A stretch of DNA of 64,000 bases from Buchnera aphidicola (Schlechtendalia peitan) (GTDB lineage Bacteria; Pseudomonadota; Gammaproteobacteria; Enterobacterales; Enterobacteriaceae): contig CP140043.1 in NCBI GenBank assembly GCA_039830055.1, positions 538,355 through 602,354 of the forward strand. The letters run 5' to 3'. The notes below the pieces were generated by a model. That model did not search any database and was not told the origin of the DNA. It saw only the letters and a list, made by a program, of their open reading frames with translations. Below are positions 12,870-24,449 of this stretch, piece after piece. The translations under genes and the position numbers were made by a program. Each line of letters opens with the position of its first letter. The stretch's first letter is position 1.

Positions 12870-12956
12870 GGTGAGATGTCCGAGAGGATTAAGGAGCACG
12901 CTTGGAAAGCGTGTATACGTATCTACGTATCAAGGGTTCGAATCCCTTTCTCACCA
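12870..12956 (+). tRNA. tRNA-Ser (anticodon GGA)
   Basis: Cloverleaf readable: acceptor GGTGAGA/TCTCACC, anticodon loop TTGGAAA, long variable arm, T-arm GGTTCGAATCC. It closely resembles E. coli serW/serX. No CCA is encoded. Confidence 0.93.
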
Positions 12957-13048
12957 TAAAATTTTTTTGAAACCAGATATTAAAAAAAATATATCTAAAA
13001 AAATATCTACAATTCATAAAAATAACATACTAATAATTCTGATATAAT

Positions 13049-13759
13049 CTAATACAATAAAATTGAGTTTAAAGATACTTGAATCATCCGATCTAAACTA
13101 GATTCTCGATCTTGTACGCTAATCCTTTGTCTTTGTGTAATATGATCAGAAACTGTACAAATGGAAACAGATTTAATTCCATATTCTAAAGATATAGCAT
13201 ATAATCCAGCAGTTTCCATTTCTATACCAACGATATTATATCTTTCAATAATTTTAAAAAAACTATCATCATCATGATAAAATAAATCTGTCGTAAAAAA
13301 ATTTCCAATATTAACATGAATTCCTAATTTTTTAGAAGCTGATACTAAATTACATACTAAATTAAAATTTGCAACAGCAGATAAATCATTGTCATTAAAT
13401 CTCAATCTATTTGTCTTTGAATCAGTAGAAGCACCTAAACAAATAATAATATCGTTAATATTGATATTTTTACAAACTGTTCCGCAAGTACCAATTCGAA
13501 TAATTTTCGTAACATTATATTCTTTAATTAATTCTTGTACGTAAATTAAGCATGACGGTATTCCAATTCCATGGCTCATTATAGAAACTCGTTTTCCTTT
13601 ATAATTTCCAGTAAACCCCAACATTGAACGAACATTAGTAACTTCTTTAACATTATCTAAATAATTTTTTGCAATATATCTTGCTCGAATGGGGTCACCA
13701 GGCATGAGAACAAAATCAGAAAAATCTCCTTTCTTTGCAATAATATGAGGAGTTACCAT
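13049..13759 (-). CDS. deoD: Purine nucleoside phosphorylase DeoD
   Basis: 236 aa with MVTPHI, VLMPGDPIRA and GFTGNYKG, colinear with E. coli DeoD. deoB-deoD order is conserved. Confidence 0.95.
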   Translation of the reverse strand: MVTPHIIAKKGDFSDFVLMPGDPIRARYIAKNYLDNVKEVTNVRSMLGFTGNYKGKRVSIMSHGIGIPSCLIYVQELIKEYNVTKIIRIGTCGTVCKNININDIIICLGASTDSKTNRLRFNDNDLSAVANFNLVCNLVSASKKLGIHVNIGNFFTTDLFYHDDDSFFKIIERYNIVGIEMETAGLYAISLEYGIKSVSICTVSDHITQRQRISVQDRESSLDRMIQVSLNSILLY

Positions 13760-13807
13760 ATATTTTCCTATGTTTAAACGATACGAAAAATAATAATATC
13801 AATAATT

Positions 13808-15040
13808 TTATAACTTTAAAAACATTTCCTTTCCAAATTTCATGGAAGATAATCCAAAATATTTAGCTAAAGTTTGAGCTATATCTGCAAATGTTTTTCG
13901 ATGTCCCAAAAAAGTTGACTGAATATTTGGCCAATAAACTAATATTGGGATATTTTCTCTAGTATGATCAGTTCCAATCCAAGTAGGATCACAACCATGA
14001 TCGGCTGTAATAATTAAAATATCATCTTGTTTTATTAACTCTAACAATTCTGGCAAACGGCTATCAAACCATTCTAACCCCTTCGCATAACCAGATACAT
14101 CACGTCTATGACCCCATAAAGAATCAAAATCTACAAAATTAACAAATACAATTGTATTATGTTCAGCGTGTTTAACTTCCGAAATAGTAGCATCAAACAA
14201 CTCTGATAAACCTATTGCATTAACTTGTCTCGTAATGCCTTTTCCTGCAAAAATATCTGAAATTTTACCTATAGAAATTACTTGACCAGATTTTTCATTA
14301 ACTAATTTTTCTATAATAGTTATATCATGTGGTTCTACTGAAAAATCTTTTCGATTTCCTGTCCTTGTAAAATTAAACTTTTTATTACCAATAAACGGTC
14401 TAGCAATAACCCTCCCAATATTAATTTTTTCTTCATCCAATATTTTTCGAATAATACCACATAATGTATATAATTTTTTTAATCCAAAAAAGTGTTCATG
14501 GCAGGATACTTGAAAAACTGAATCAATAGACGTATAAAAAATAGGTTTTTTAGTACTTATATGTTCTTCTCCAAAATTATTCAATACAGAAATTCCAGAA
14601 GAATGACAATTACCTAAAACACCAGGTAAATTACATTCGTAAGCAATTCTATTTAATAAAAATTCTGGAAAACTATGACTTAAATTTTTAAAATAATCCC
14701 AATTATATAATACTGGGACTCCAGCTATTTCCCAATGACCAGAAGACGTATCTTTTCCTGAAGAAATTTCACTCGCATATGCATAACTACCTAAAAGATT
14801 TTCATCGTCTTTGATTCCAAGTAATTGTGTTCCTATTGATTTATTAGTAACATTTACTAATCCAAGAGATGTTAAATTAGGTATATGTAATGGACCCATA
14901 CGGCCATTATTTGCTTTATCTAAATAACAAAATTTTACTATGTTTCCAAACGTATTAGCACCTACATCATTAAACTTGTACGCATCATTTGTCGAACCAA
15001 TTCCAAAAGAATCTAAGACTAAAATAAATGCGCGTTTCAT
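13808..15040 (-). CDS. deoB: Phosphopentomutase
   Basis: 410 aa starting [15 protein letters not shown], with [10 protein letters not shown]; colinear with E. coli DeoB. Confidence 0.95.
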   Translation of the reverse strand: MKRAFILVLDSFGIGSTNDAYKFNDVGANTFGNIVKFCYLDKANNGRMGPLHIPNLTSLGLVNVTNKSIGTQLLGIKDDENLLGSYAYASEISSGKDTSSGHWEIAGVPVLYNWDYFKNLSHSFPEFLLNRIAYECNLPGVLGNCHSSGISVLNNFGEEHISTKKPIFYTSIDSVFQVSCHEHFFGLKKLYTLCGIIRKILDEEKINIGRVIARPFIGNKKFNFTRTGNRKDFSVEPHDITIIEKLVNEKSGQVISIGKISDIFAGKGITRQVNAIGLSELFDATISEVKHAEHNTIVFVNFVDFDSLWGHRRDVSGYAKGLEWFDSRLPELLELIKQDDILIITADHGCDPTWIGTDHTRENIPILVYWPNIQSTFLGHRKTFADIAQTLAKYFGLSSMKFGKEMFLKL

Positions 15041-15240
15041 ACAATCTCCATTGTAAAATTAAACACAATACTTCACATTCAAAATATACTATATTAAAAA
15101 ATAATAAATGTACTTATATGAAAATCTCATTTCGTTAAAAACCTTGTCATTATACTGTAAATACATATTGTATGTATTTTTATAATATTAACATATCAAA
15201 ATTTTTTTAATATAAAGATACCAAAAACAAGACTATTTAA

Positions 15241-16845
15241 CTAATATTCACAAGTATCGCGAAATATAATATGTGGATAACGTGCTTGAATTAAACTTAA
15301 ATTAATACTAGTAGTAGATAAATATACTAAATTATCATCAATATCAACAGCTAAATTTACTTTGTTCCTTTCTTTAAAATCTATAATTTTATCGTGTCTT
15401 TGCGCTTCAATCCATCTAACTGAAAAAACATTAATTTTTTTGTAAATAATACAAATGTTGTATTCAATTTTTAAACGTTCTACTACGATATCAAACTGTA
15501 AATCTCCAATAGCACCTAATATTAAGCTATTATTTGTAATCGGTCTAAAAACTTGAATAGCTCCTTCTTCTGATAATTGAATTAAACCTTTTAATAACTG
15601 CTTCTTTTTTAACGAATTATCTAAATATATGAGCTTAAAAATATCAGGAGAAAATTTAGAAATACCTAAAAACTTTAGATTTTCTCCTTCTGTAAATGTA
15701 TCACCAATTTTAATCTTATTATGACTATGAATACCAATAATATCTCCAGGATAGGCCTGACTAATTAAAAAACGTGTTCCAGCTAAAAATGAAAATGCTT
15801 CCGATTTTATAAAAAATTTCTTAGTACGAACATGATATAATTTCATTCCTTTTTCATATTCTCCAGATACTATTCTTATAAAAGCTATGCGATCTCTATG
15901 TTTTAAATCCATATTAGCTTGTATTTTGAAGACAAATCCTGAAAATTTTTTTTCACTCGATTTAACTTTTCTAGTATGACTTATTTTGAAAGTAGGAGGG
16001 GGAGCCCATTTTAATATACTATCAAGTACATGACTTACACCAAAATTTTTTAATGCACTACCAAAAAAAACAGGTGTCAAGTTACTATGCAAAAAAGAAA
16101 GATGATTAAATGGTCTATACACTACTTTTATTAATTCTATTTCTTCTCGAAATTGCTTTACTAATTTATTACCAAAAATATCATCTAATAATACGTTATT
16201 TAATCCATGTATAATATTAGAGTGTTTAACATCATTATGTACATATTGTCTACAATTAAAGTATACAATATCTTCTAATATGTGATATATTCCAGTAAAG
16301 AAATTTCCATAATCAATAGGCCAGGTTATCGGTGAACAAACCATCTTTAGTTCTCGTTCAAGTTGATCTATTAATTCTATAAAATCTATAGAATTTCTGT
16401 CTAATTTATTAAAAAAAGTTATAATAGGAATACTATACGTACGAGTAACATCAATTAATTTTTTTGTTCTTTCTTCTATACCTTTGGCTGAATCAATAAC
16501 CATTAAACAAAAATCTACTGCTGTAAGTACACGATATGTATCTTCTGAAAAATCTTCATGCCCTGGTGTATCTAATAAATTTATTAAATATCCACAATAT
16601 GGAATTTGCATAACCGATGTAGTAATGGAAATTCCACGTTTTTTCTCAATTTTCATCCAGTCTGACTTAATATAATTCTTTGATTTTTTCGATTGTGTCA
16701 TACCAACCTGTCTAATGATATTTCCAAGAAACAAAAACTTTTCAGTAAGAGTAGATTTTCCAGCATCTGGATGAGAAATAATAGCAAAAGTTCGTCTTTT
16801 ATTTATTTGAATTTTTCTATAATCTTTAAACATATTATGATTCAT
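15241..16845 (-). CDS. prfC: Peptide chain release factor 3
   Basis: 534 aa with RRTFAIISHPDAGKST, DTPGHEDF and NKLD GTPase motifs, colinear with E. coli RF3. Confidence 0.95.
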   Translation of the reverse strand: MNHNMFKDYRKIQINKRRTFAIISHPDAGKSTLTEKFLFLGNIIRQVGMTQSKKSKNYIKSDWMKIEKKRGISITTSVMQIPYCGYLINLLDTPGHEDFSEDTYRVLTAVDFCLMVIDSAKGIEERTKKLIDVTRTYSIPIITFFNKLDRNSIDFIELIDQLERELKMVCSPITWPIDYGNFFTGIYHILEDIVYFNCRQYVHNDVKHSNIIHGLNNVLLDDIFGNKLVKQFREEIELIKVVYRPFNHLSFLHSNLTPVFFGSALKNFGVSHVLDSILKWAPPPTFKISHTRKVKSSEKKFSGFVFKIQANMDLKHRDRIAFIRIVSGEYEKGMKLYHVRTKKFFIKSEAFSFLAGTRFLISQAYPGDIIGIHSHNKIKIGDTFTEGENLKFLGISKFSPDIFKLIYLDNSLKKKQLLKGLIQLSEEGAIQVFRPITNNSLILGAIGDLQFDIVVERLKIEYNICIIYKKINVFSVRWIEAQRHDKIIDFKERNKVNLAVDIDDNLVYLSTTSINLSLIQARYPHIIFRDTCEY

Positions 16846-17825
16846 CCTTAAAATTTATTTTTATATAAAAAAATTTTAAAAAAATTTATTTTGTATATAA
16901 ATAAAATAGTATTCACAAAAATTTGGAATATTATTTAAAATTATTAAAATAAAAACATTTTTACTATTATCAATAATTATTTATTGCAAGTATTATATAA
17001 CATATAAATAATACAATTTTTAAAAATTATTCCAGCAGTTTAAAATTAATATGTATAACAATTTAAATACATCAATAACTTAACAAATGCTTAAACGACG
17101 TCTATAATTTAGTCTAACAATATTTCATATTATAATAAAAATTTAAAAATTCTAAATTTTCAAAAACATATATTGTTAATTTAAAACTACATATATAAAA
17201 TCTTATAAATTCTTTATATTGTTTCATTATCTTATAAAACGATGTACTGATAATTTTAATACCATAAATTTACAAATTAAAGTTTTTTAAAAACTTTAAT
17301 GTATTATTACAACATTTTTATCATAAGAGTTATATCGAAGTAATGAAAAAAATATAAAAATAGAATAATATTATTACTATAATAAAAATACTGTCACTAA
17401 TTTCATATTAGAAATATTATACGAAACGTAACTATATAGACTAGAATCTTAATTCTAAAATATGAATAATCAGGTATATACTCTAAAAAAAATTTATATA
17501 AACACTAAAATACTATTCATGCTATTTTTTATTAAAATAATAATATAAAAATATTGAATATACGTTAAAATTTTCAGAAATACTAAACATCTATTGTTAA
17601 TTCTGTATTTAAAATTTTAATAAATTTTATATGCTATTTTTATAACATATTTAAACAAATGTTATCCTCTAAAATACAACTAATAAAAAATATCTAGAAA
17701 TAAAAGAACTAAAAAATTATTATGTCTAATAATAAAATATTGCAATTATATTGAAATTTTTAAATACCATCAAAAACTTCACTTTAAAATAATTATCAAA
17801 AAATATACAAAATATTAATATTTAT

Positions 17826-18401
17826 TTAATAATATGAATGATTGCCTTTGTTGTGTTCTGTAATATCATAAACTCCTTGTAGCTCAGGAAATTTAATCAA
17901 TAATTGACGTTCTATTCCATCTTTTATAGTACGACCAACCATAGAACATCCATTACAACCTCCAAAAAATTTAATAATAACATATCCAGACTGAGTAATA
18001 TTGACTAAATTAACTTTTCCTCCGTGAGAGGATAACTTAGGATTAATTATTGAATCAAAAAAAGATGTGACCTTGCTATTTAGTATAATATCTTTATTCA
18101 CGATATATTTTTTAGCATGAGGTGCCATTAAGGTTAACTGAGAATTACAGTTCTCTATAATAATGTCTATTACAGCATCTTTTAAATAAGGTATACTCGA
18201 TTTGTCAATATACAACTTAAATTTATCGTATCTAAATTTTACATCATGCTCTGTAACTTCTTCTTGATAACAAAAAGATACTCCACATTTCGCTATTGGA
18301 GTACCAGGATAGCTTACAAACACCCTAATATAAGTATTTTTCTTTTGTTTCTGAAGCAAATTAAAAAAATGATCTTGTGCTGATTTAGATATATTTATCA
18401 T
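17826..18401 (-). CDS. nfuA: Fe/S biogenesis protein NfuA
   Basis: MINISKSAQDHF aligns with E. coli MIRISDAAQAHF, and the C-terminal Nfu domain carries GGCNGCSM and ends HSYY. The track start at 18413 is TTG; the ATG at 18401 is preferred. Confidence 0.92.
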   Translation of the reverse strand: MINISKSAQDHFFNLLQKQKKNTYIRVFVSYPGTPIAKCGVSFCYQEEVTEHDVKFRYDKFKLYIDKSSIPYLKDAVIDIIIENCNSQLTLMAPHAKKYIVNKDIILNSKVTSFFDSIINPKLSSHGGKVNLVNITQSGYVIIKFFGGCNGCSMVGRTIKDGIERQLLIKFPELQGVYDITEHNKGNHSYY

Positions 18402-18614
18402 ATTTTGACTCAATTATTTAATGTCTAACAATTTTTGTATCCAAATAATTGTTAACAAACAAATATTCAATATAAAGTTTTAGAAATTTTGTAAACTGTA
18501 ACACATATTACTTTAATTAGTAGTATAATTTTATTGGTTAAAAAATAAAACATTACTCTAATGTCTAAAAATATTTATATAAACAATAAAGACATTTAAA
18601 ATATATATAATATT

Positions 18615-19397
18615 ATGAAACAATTTCATTGGAACACCATAGGTACTGGAAAAATACATTTAGTTTTAGTTCATGGATGGGGATTTAACTCAGAAATTTG
18701 GAATACATTATTGCCTGAATTAAATACGCATTTTACAATTCATTTAGTAGATTTGCCTGGATTTGGAAATAACCATACGTTTCCACCTATGAACTTAAAA
18801 AATACAGCTAAACTACTAGAACAATATATACCTCATAATTCTATATTATTAGGTTGGTCTATGGGAGGACTAATTGTTAGTAAAATTGCTTTATATTATC
18901 CGAATAAAATTAAAGGATTTATTAGTGTGGCGTCCTCACCGTGCTTTATAACACGTTTGCACTGGCCGGGTATCGTTACACATACATTGCTTAAGTTTTA
19001 TTATCAACTTATTATGAACTATAAACAGACTATTACAAATTTTATACATATACAACCAAAAAATTTACAAACACATTACAAAGAAATATGTATTTTAAAC
19101 AATAATGTTTTATCTCATCCTAAACCTAAATTATCTACACTAAAAAGAGGATTACAAATTCTATGTCATTCAGACTTAAGACAAGAAATGAAGTATATAA
19201 AAATACCACTACTTAGAATATACGGATCTTTAGATACACTAGTCCCAAAGAGTATCTCCGAAATTTTAGATAAACAATTACCAAATACTAAATCTATAAT
19301 AATTCAAAAGTGCGCACACGCTCCATTTATTTCTAACAAATATGAATTTAGTAACATTATATTACAATTTTCAAAATACTTAAACCATTTAAAATAA
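18615..19397 (+). CDS. bioH: Pimeloyl-ACP methyl ester carboxylesterase BioH
   Basis: 260-aa alpha/beta hydrolase with LVLVHGWG and the GWSMGG nucleophile elbow. It is divergent from nfuA, as at the E. coli bioH/gntX-nfuA locus. Confidence 0.88.
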   Translation: MKQFHWNTIGTGKIHLVLVHGWGFNSEIWNTLLPELNTHFTIHLVDLPGFGNNHTFPPMNLKNTAKLLEQYIPHNSILLGWSMGGLIVSKIALYYPNKIKGFISVASSPCFITRLHWPGIVTHTLLKFYYQLIMNYKQTITNFIHIQPKNLQTHYKEICILNNNVLSHPKPKLSTLKRGLQILCHSDLRQEMKYIKIPLLRIYGSLDTLVPKSISEILDKQLPNTKSIIIQKCAHAPFISNKYEFSNIILQFSKYLNHLK

Positions 19398-19496
19398 AAA
19401 TATCAAGAGACATATTTGTATTTTAAAACATATAAAAACTATAATTATTCATAAATGTAATATAAAAACACAACTATTAATTCAAGAAAATATTTT

Positions 19497-20009
19497 TTAA
19501 AAAGGAATATCTTCATCATCAAATTCTAAATCATTAGCAATAGTATTATTAACAATTTTTTTAGAATCATTTTTTTCTGGATTATTTATCGACAATTTTT
19601 TTTCTGCAATATGCGTATTATTTTTTAAATATCCTAATGATGGTGAAGGGTTATTTACATGTCTATTTCCTAACATTTGCATAGTTCCGCCAATACCAAC
19701 AATAATTTCTGTAACATAACGATCTAATCCATTTTGATCTTGCCATTTTCTAGTTTGTAATGATCCTTCAACATAAACCTGCGATCCTTTTCTCAAATAT
19801 TCTCCTGCAATCTCTGCTAATTTTTTAAAAAAAACGATTTTATGCCATTCTGTTTTTTCTTTCATTTCTCCAGTATTTTTATCTTTCCAAGTTTCAGATG
19901 TAGCTAACGTAATATTAGTAACTGCTACTCCATTTTGCATATACCGAACTTCTGGATCTTGACCTACAAAACCCACAAGAATAACTTTATTTATTCCTCT
20001 ACTAGCCAT
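19497..20009 (-). CDS. ssb: Single-stranded DNA-binding protein
   Basis: 170 aa starting [23 protein letters not shown], with an OB fold and the acidic C-terminal tip DDEDIPF. Confidence 0.96.
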   Translation of the reverse strand: MASRGINKVILVGFVGQDPEVRYMQNGVAVTNITLATSETWKDKNTGEMKEKTEWHKIVFFKKLAEIAGEYLRKGSQVYVEGSLQTRKWQDQNGLDRYVTEIIVGIGGTMQMLGNRHVNNPSPSLGYLKNNTHIAEKKLSINNPEKNDSKKIVNNTIANDLEFDDEDIPF

Positions 20010-20257
20010 GATAACTATCTCAACCTCAAAGAAATTTGTTAATTTTTCACATATAATACAAACTTTAAAAAAATTTGTTAAAATTTATTAAATAATTATA
20101 AATTAATAGATTACTAGTATATCATGAATAATCAAGATCGCTGTAAAAATCTAAATACTAATTATTACGTAAAAATTTATTTTAAAAAAATACGTGTATT
20201 CAATATATTTTATATTAAAACACATAAATAAAAATATAAACAAACTTTTAAAAAAGC

Positions 20258-21232
20258 ATGCCATATAATTTTATGACAAACATTTATAAATTTTCAGTTG
20301 CTCCTATGTTACACTATACTGATCGACACTGTAGATTTTTACATCGTCAATTTACAACACAAACATTGTTATATACTGAAATGATAACCGAAGATTATTT
20401 AATAAATTTTAAAAATACTATTCCTAAAGTACATACTTATGAACATCCTATAGCTATTCAAATTGCTGGAAAAAATCCTAAAAAACTTGAAATATGTTCA
20501 AGAATAGCTTATTCAAAAGGATATGATGAAATTAATTTAAATGTAGGTTGTCCTTCTAATAGAGTAAAAAAATCGGGATTTGGTATATATTTGGTACAAA
20601 ATATTCCACTTTTAACAAATATTATTAAAACAATGGTAAATTCTGTTCCAATACCTGTGAGCATAAAAACTAGAATCGGTTTAGATAAGCAAGATGATTA
20701 TTATTTTTTAAGAAATCTTGTAAAATGTACTTCACAATATGGAATGTGCAATAAATATATTATTCATGCGCGAAAAGCATTATCCAATGGAATTAGCACA
20801 AAACATAATAGAACTATACCTCAATTAAATTATAATATGGTATATACGCTAAAAAAAGACTTTCCAAAATTAACTATAATTATTAATGGAAATATCTTAT
20901 CCATACAAGATGCTAAAATTCATTTAAAACATGTTGATGGAGTAATGATTGGACGATCTATATATAATAATCCTTCCATATTATCGCATGTAGATACAGA
21001 AATGTTTGGGCTTAAAAAAAAATGCATAAAAACACTTATAAGAAATATGTATCCTTATATTGAACATGAATTACACATGGGTACATCTTTTCAACATATT
21101 TCAAGACACATGTTTGGATTATTTTATGGCATTCCTGGTTGCAAAATGTGGAAAAAATACTTAAGTGATAACATATATAAAAAAAATTCCGATATAACAA
21201 TACTAGAAAACGCACTGAAATTTGTGACTTAA
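20258..21232 (+). CDS. dusA: tRNA-dihydrouridine synthase A
   Basis: 324 aa with FSVAPMLHYTDRHCRF and INLNVGCPS motifs, typical of DusA (YjbN). Confidence 0.9.
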   Translation: MPYNFMTNIYKFSVAPMLHYTDRHCRFLHRQFTTQTLLYTEMITEDYLINFKNTIPKVHTYEHPIAIQIAGKNPKKLEICSRIAYSKGYDEINLNVGCPSNRVKKSGFGIYLVQNIPLLTNIIKTMVNSVPIPVSIKTRIGLDKQDDYYFLRNLVKCTSQYGMCNKYIIHARKALSNGISTKHNRTIPQLNYNMVYTLKKDFPKLTIIINGNILSIQDAKIHLKHVDGVMIGRSIYNNPSILSHVDTEMFGLKKKCIKTLIRNMYPYIEHELHMGTSFQHISRHMFGLFYGIPGCKMWKKYLSDNIYKKNSDITILENALKFVT

Positions 21233-21454
21233 AATATAAATACATATAATTTACTACTTATAATTTTACAAAAAAAAATTCATATACATTCCATTATTCA
21301 TTATATTTATTAAAATCCAATAAAGTTACTAAAATTTTATTTAAAAGACACAAACATTTAATTGAAAAATAGAATTATTGCAAGTAAATGTCTTATCTCA
21401 TAACAACAACATAATTTATAATTATAATAGTTGAATTTTGGTGTTACATTAAAA

Positions 21455-22837
21455 ATGTCAAAAAAAAAAATATTTAATGATCAAGTTAAAGACGTTATGC
21501 TCCCTCATTCACTAGAAGCTGAACAATCTATATTAGGTGGCTTAATGTTAGATAACGAACAATGGGATTGCATTGCAGAACAAATCACAGAACACGATTT
21601 CTTTAGTTATCCTCATAAATTAATTTTTCGAGAAATGCAATACTTGCTAAACCGTGGATATCCTATCGATCTTATAACATTGTCAGAATCTTTAGAAAAA
21701 CAGGGAAAATTAGAAAGCATAGGAAGATTTTCTTATTTGGCAGAACTATCTAAAAACATTCCTAGTACTGCTAATATTTCAGCATATGCTGAAATAGTAC
21801 GAGAACATTCTATTATTCGTGAAATTATTCAAACAGCATACAAAATAATTCATATTGGACACAATTTAAAAGGACAAACTAGTGAAGAACTTTTAAATTT
21901 AGCTGAATCTAAAATATTTAATATTACAGAAAATCGTCTAAAAAAAAATAATCAACCCAAAAATATAGAACACATACTAGATACTACTCTAAAAAATATT
22001 GAAAAACTATTCAACTCATCTAATAAAGGAATTACTGGAATTAATACAGGATATCAAGATCTTAATAAAAAAACATCCGGTTTACAACCTTCAAATTTAA
22101 TTATTATTGCAGCACGACCCTCAATGGGAAAAACAACATTTGCTATGAATATTTGTGAAAATATTGCAATGACTTATGATAAACCAGTATTGATTTTTAG
22201 TTTAGAAATGTCGGGGGAACAAATAATGATGAGAATGTTATCTTCTTTATCTCGAGTAAATCAAGATAAAATACGAACAGGACAACTTAATGATGAAGAT
22301 TGGTCTAGAATTTCTAGCACAATCAATATCCTATTAAAGAAAAAAAATATGTATATTGACGATTCATCCACTTTAACACCGACTGAAATGCGATCTAGAT
22401 CACGCAGGATTTATCGAGAAAATAACGGATTAAGCTTAATTATGGTCGACTATCTACAATTAATGAAAGTTCCTTCACTAATAGGAAATAGAACGTTAGA
22501 AATAGCTGAAGTTTCACGAACATTAAAAGCATTAGCAAAAGAATTACAAGTTCCTATCATTGCCTTGTCACAATTAAATAGATTATTAGAACAGAGGGGG
22601 GATAAACGACCTATTAATTCTGACTTACGCGAATCTGGTTCTTTAGAACAAGATGCAGATTTAATAATGTTTATATATAGAGACGAATTATATCACGAAA
22701 ATACAGATCTAAAAGGAATAGCGGAAATTATCATAGGAAAACAAAGAAATGGACCTATTGGCACAATTAAATTAACTTTTAATGGTCATTGGTCACGATT
22801 TGACAATTATTTTGGATCTAAATGCTACGAAAAATAA
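21455..22837 (+). CDS. dnaB: Replicative DNA helicase DnaB
   Basis: PHSLEAEQSILGG, the Walker A motif ARPSMGKTTF, and SQLNR. The track start at 21431 is TTG; the ATG at 21455 (MSKKK) is preferred. An A11 tract lies at codons 2-6. Confidence 0.95.
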   Translation: MSKKKIFNDQVKDVMLPHSLEAEQSILGGLMLDNEQWDCIAEQITEHDFFSYPHKLIFREMQYLLNRGYPIDLITLSESLEKQGKLESIGRFSYLAELSKNIPSTANISAYAEIVREHSIIREIIQTAYKIIHIGHNLKGQTSEELLNLAESKIFNITENRLKKNNQPKNIEHILDTTLKNIEKLFNSSNKGITGINTGYQDLNKKTSGLQPSNLIIIAARPSMGKTTFAMNICENIAMTYDKPVLIFSLEMSGEQIMMRMLSSLSRVNQDKIRTGQLNDEDWSRISSTINILLKKKNMYIDDSSTLTPTEMRSRSRRIYRENNGLSLIMVDYLQLMKVPSLIGNRTLEIAEVSRTLKALAKELQVPIIALSQLNRLLEQRGDKRPINSDLRESGSLEQDADLIMFIYRDELYHENTDLKGIAEIIIGKQRNGPIGTIKLTFNGHWSRFDNYFGSKCYEK

Positions 22838-23238
22838 AATGTATTTAATTATTAAACTTTATACAAAAAATAATTTAAATAGTTAAAAAAAAATATAATC
22901 TTTTTATTCTAAACTAAAATAGTTTAAAAAAATTAACATTTACTATTTTTAAATTTTCACATATTAACATGACTACACAATCAAAATTATACTTATTTAT
23001 AAACCTTTAAATAATTATTAATAAAATATAATGTAAAATTATATAAAATAAAAAATTTCTATTAATAAACATGTGATACCATTTAAATATATAAAATATA
23101 AATATAGTTGACAAAAAATATTGATATTATTATTATTCAATTGCATTTAAAAACATTTAATTAATAATAATAAAAAAACAAACATTATGTATTATAATAA
23201 AATAATAAGAAAAATATAAAAATCGGTTAAATACAAGT

Positions 23239-24195
23239 ATGAAAATAAAATTAGGAATTATAATGGATCCTATTTATTCTATTAATATACAGAAAGATTC
23301 TAGCTTTGCTATATTACTAGAAGCACAAAAAAGAGGATATTTAATATATTATATGGAATTATCAGACTTATACTTAAAAAATGATCAACCTTTTTCAAAA
23401 TCTAAATTATTATTACTAAAAAATAATACTAAAAAATGGTTTTCTTTTGAAAAATCAGAAGACATTTCACTGTTAGATTTAAATATAATCTTAATTAGAA
23501 AAGATCCTCCCGTAAATGAGCAATATATATATACTACATATATTCTTGAAGAAGCTGAAAAAAAAGGTGTACTCGTAATTAATAAACCCAAGAGTTTACG
23601 AGATTTTAACGAAAAACTATTTACTATATGGTTTCCTAATTTCATTCCTCATACACTAGTAACTAGCAATATTGATAAAATATATAATTTTTTACAAAAA
23701 CATGATGATATTATAATAAAACCATTAAATGGAATGGGAGGAATGTCAATTTTTCGTATTAAGAAAAACGATTCTAATACAATGGTCATTATCGAAACTA
23801 TGACTAATTATGGAAAAAAATTGTGTATGTCTCAAATTTATATTCCAGATATTCAACATGGAGATAAAAGAATACTGATTATTAACGGGAAACCATTTCC
23901 TTGGTGTTTATCTAGAATTCCAAAAATTAACGAAAATAGAGGGAATTTAGCCGTAGGAGGAATAGGAAAAGTACACAAACTTACTTCAAATGACTGGAAA
24001 ATAGCTAATTCTGTAGGAGAAGTACTTAAAAAACATGGATTGCATTTTGTAGGACTGGATGTTATTGGAAATAAACTAACAGAAATTAATATCACTAGCC
24101 CTACATGTATAAAAGAAATTGAAGCTCAATGTAAAATATCTATAAGTAATATTATCCTAAATTCCATAGAAAAACGTCTAATTAATAATTATTAA
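23239..24195 (+). CDS. gshB: Glutathione synthetase
   Basis: 318 aa with an ATP-grasp fold (IIKPLNGMGG, GDKRILIINGKP, GLDVIG), colinear with E. coli GshB. Confidence 0.94.
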   Translation: MKIKLGIIMDPIYSINIQKDSSFAILLEAQKRGYLIYYMELSDLYLKNDQPFSKSKLLLLKNNTKKWFSFEKSEDISLLDLNIILIRKDPPVNEQYIYTTYILEEAEKKGVLVINKPKSLRDFNEKLFTIWFPNFIPHTLVTSNIDKIYNFLQKHDDIIIKPLNGMGGMSIFRIKKNDSNTMVIIETMTNYGKKLCMSQIYIPDIQHGDKRILIINGKPFPWCLSRIPKINENRGNLAVGGIGKVHKLTSNDWKIANSVGEVLKKHGLHFVGLDVIGNKLTEINITSPTCIKEIEAQCKISISNIILNSIEKRLINNY

Positions 24196-24449
24196 TAAAA
24201 TTATTTATTTCTAAAATAATTATTTTCTCATTCATTAATATAAAAATTCATATATAAACGAAAACATAAATAAAAAAATAATTTTAATAACAATTTTTTA
24301 ATATTATGTTTAGTTTAAAGAACTAATATTTTAAACCATCTATTATATATACGTATACATGAAAAATAAAATAATAAAAAACTATAATTCATAAATAAAT
24401 TCAAAACTTGATAATAAAAAAATTTTATAATAAACTAAATATCAATATA

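Noticed and set aside
17276-17300. 25-nt near-perfect palindrome ATTAAAGTTTTT-T-AAAAACTTTAAT in the prfC-nfuA spacer.
   Set aside because: Only one G-C pair per arm. A rough estimate for this base composition gives about one such 12-bp inverted repeat per 64 kb by chance. It is not positioned at a gene end.
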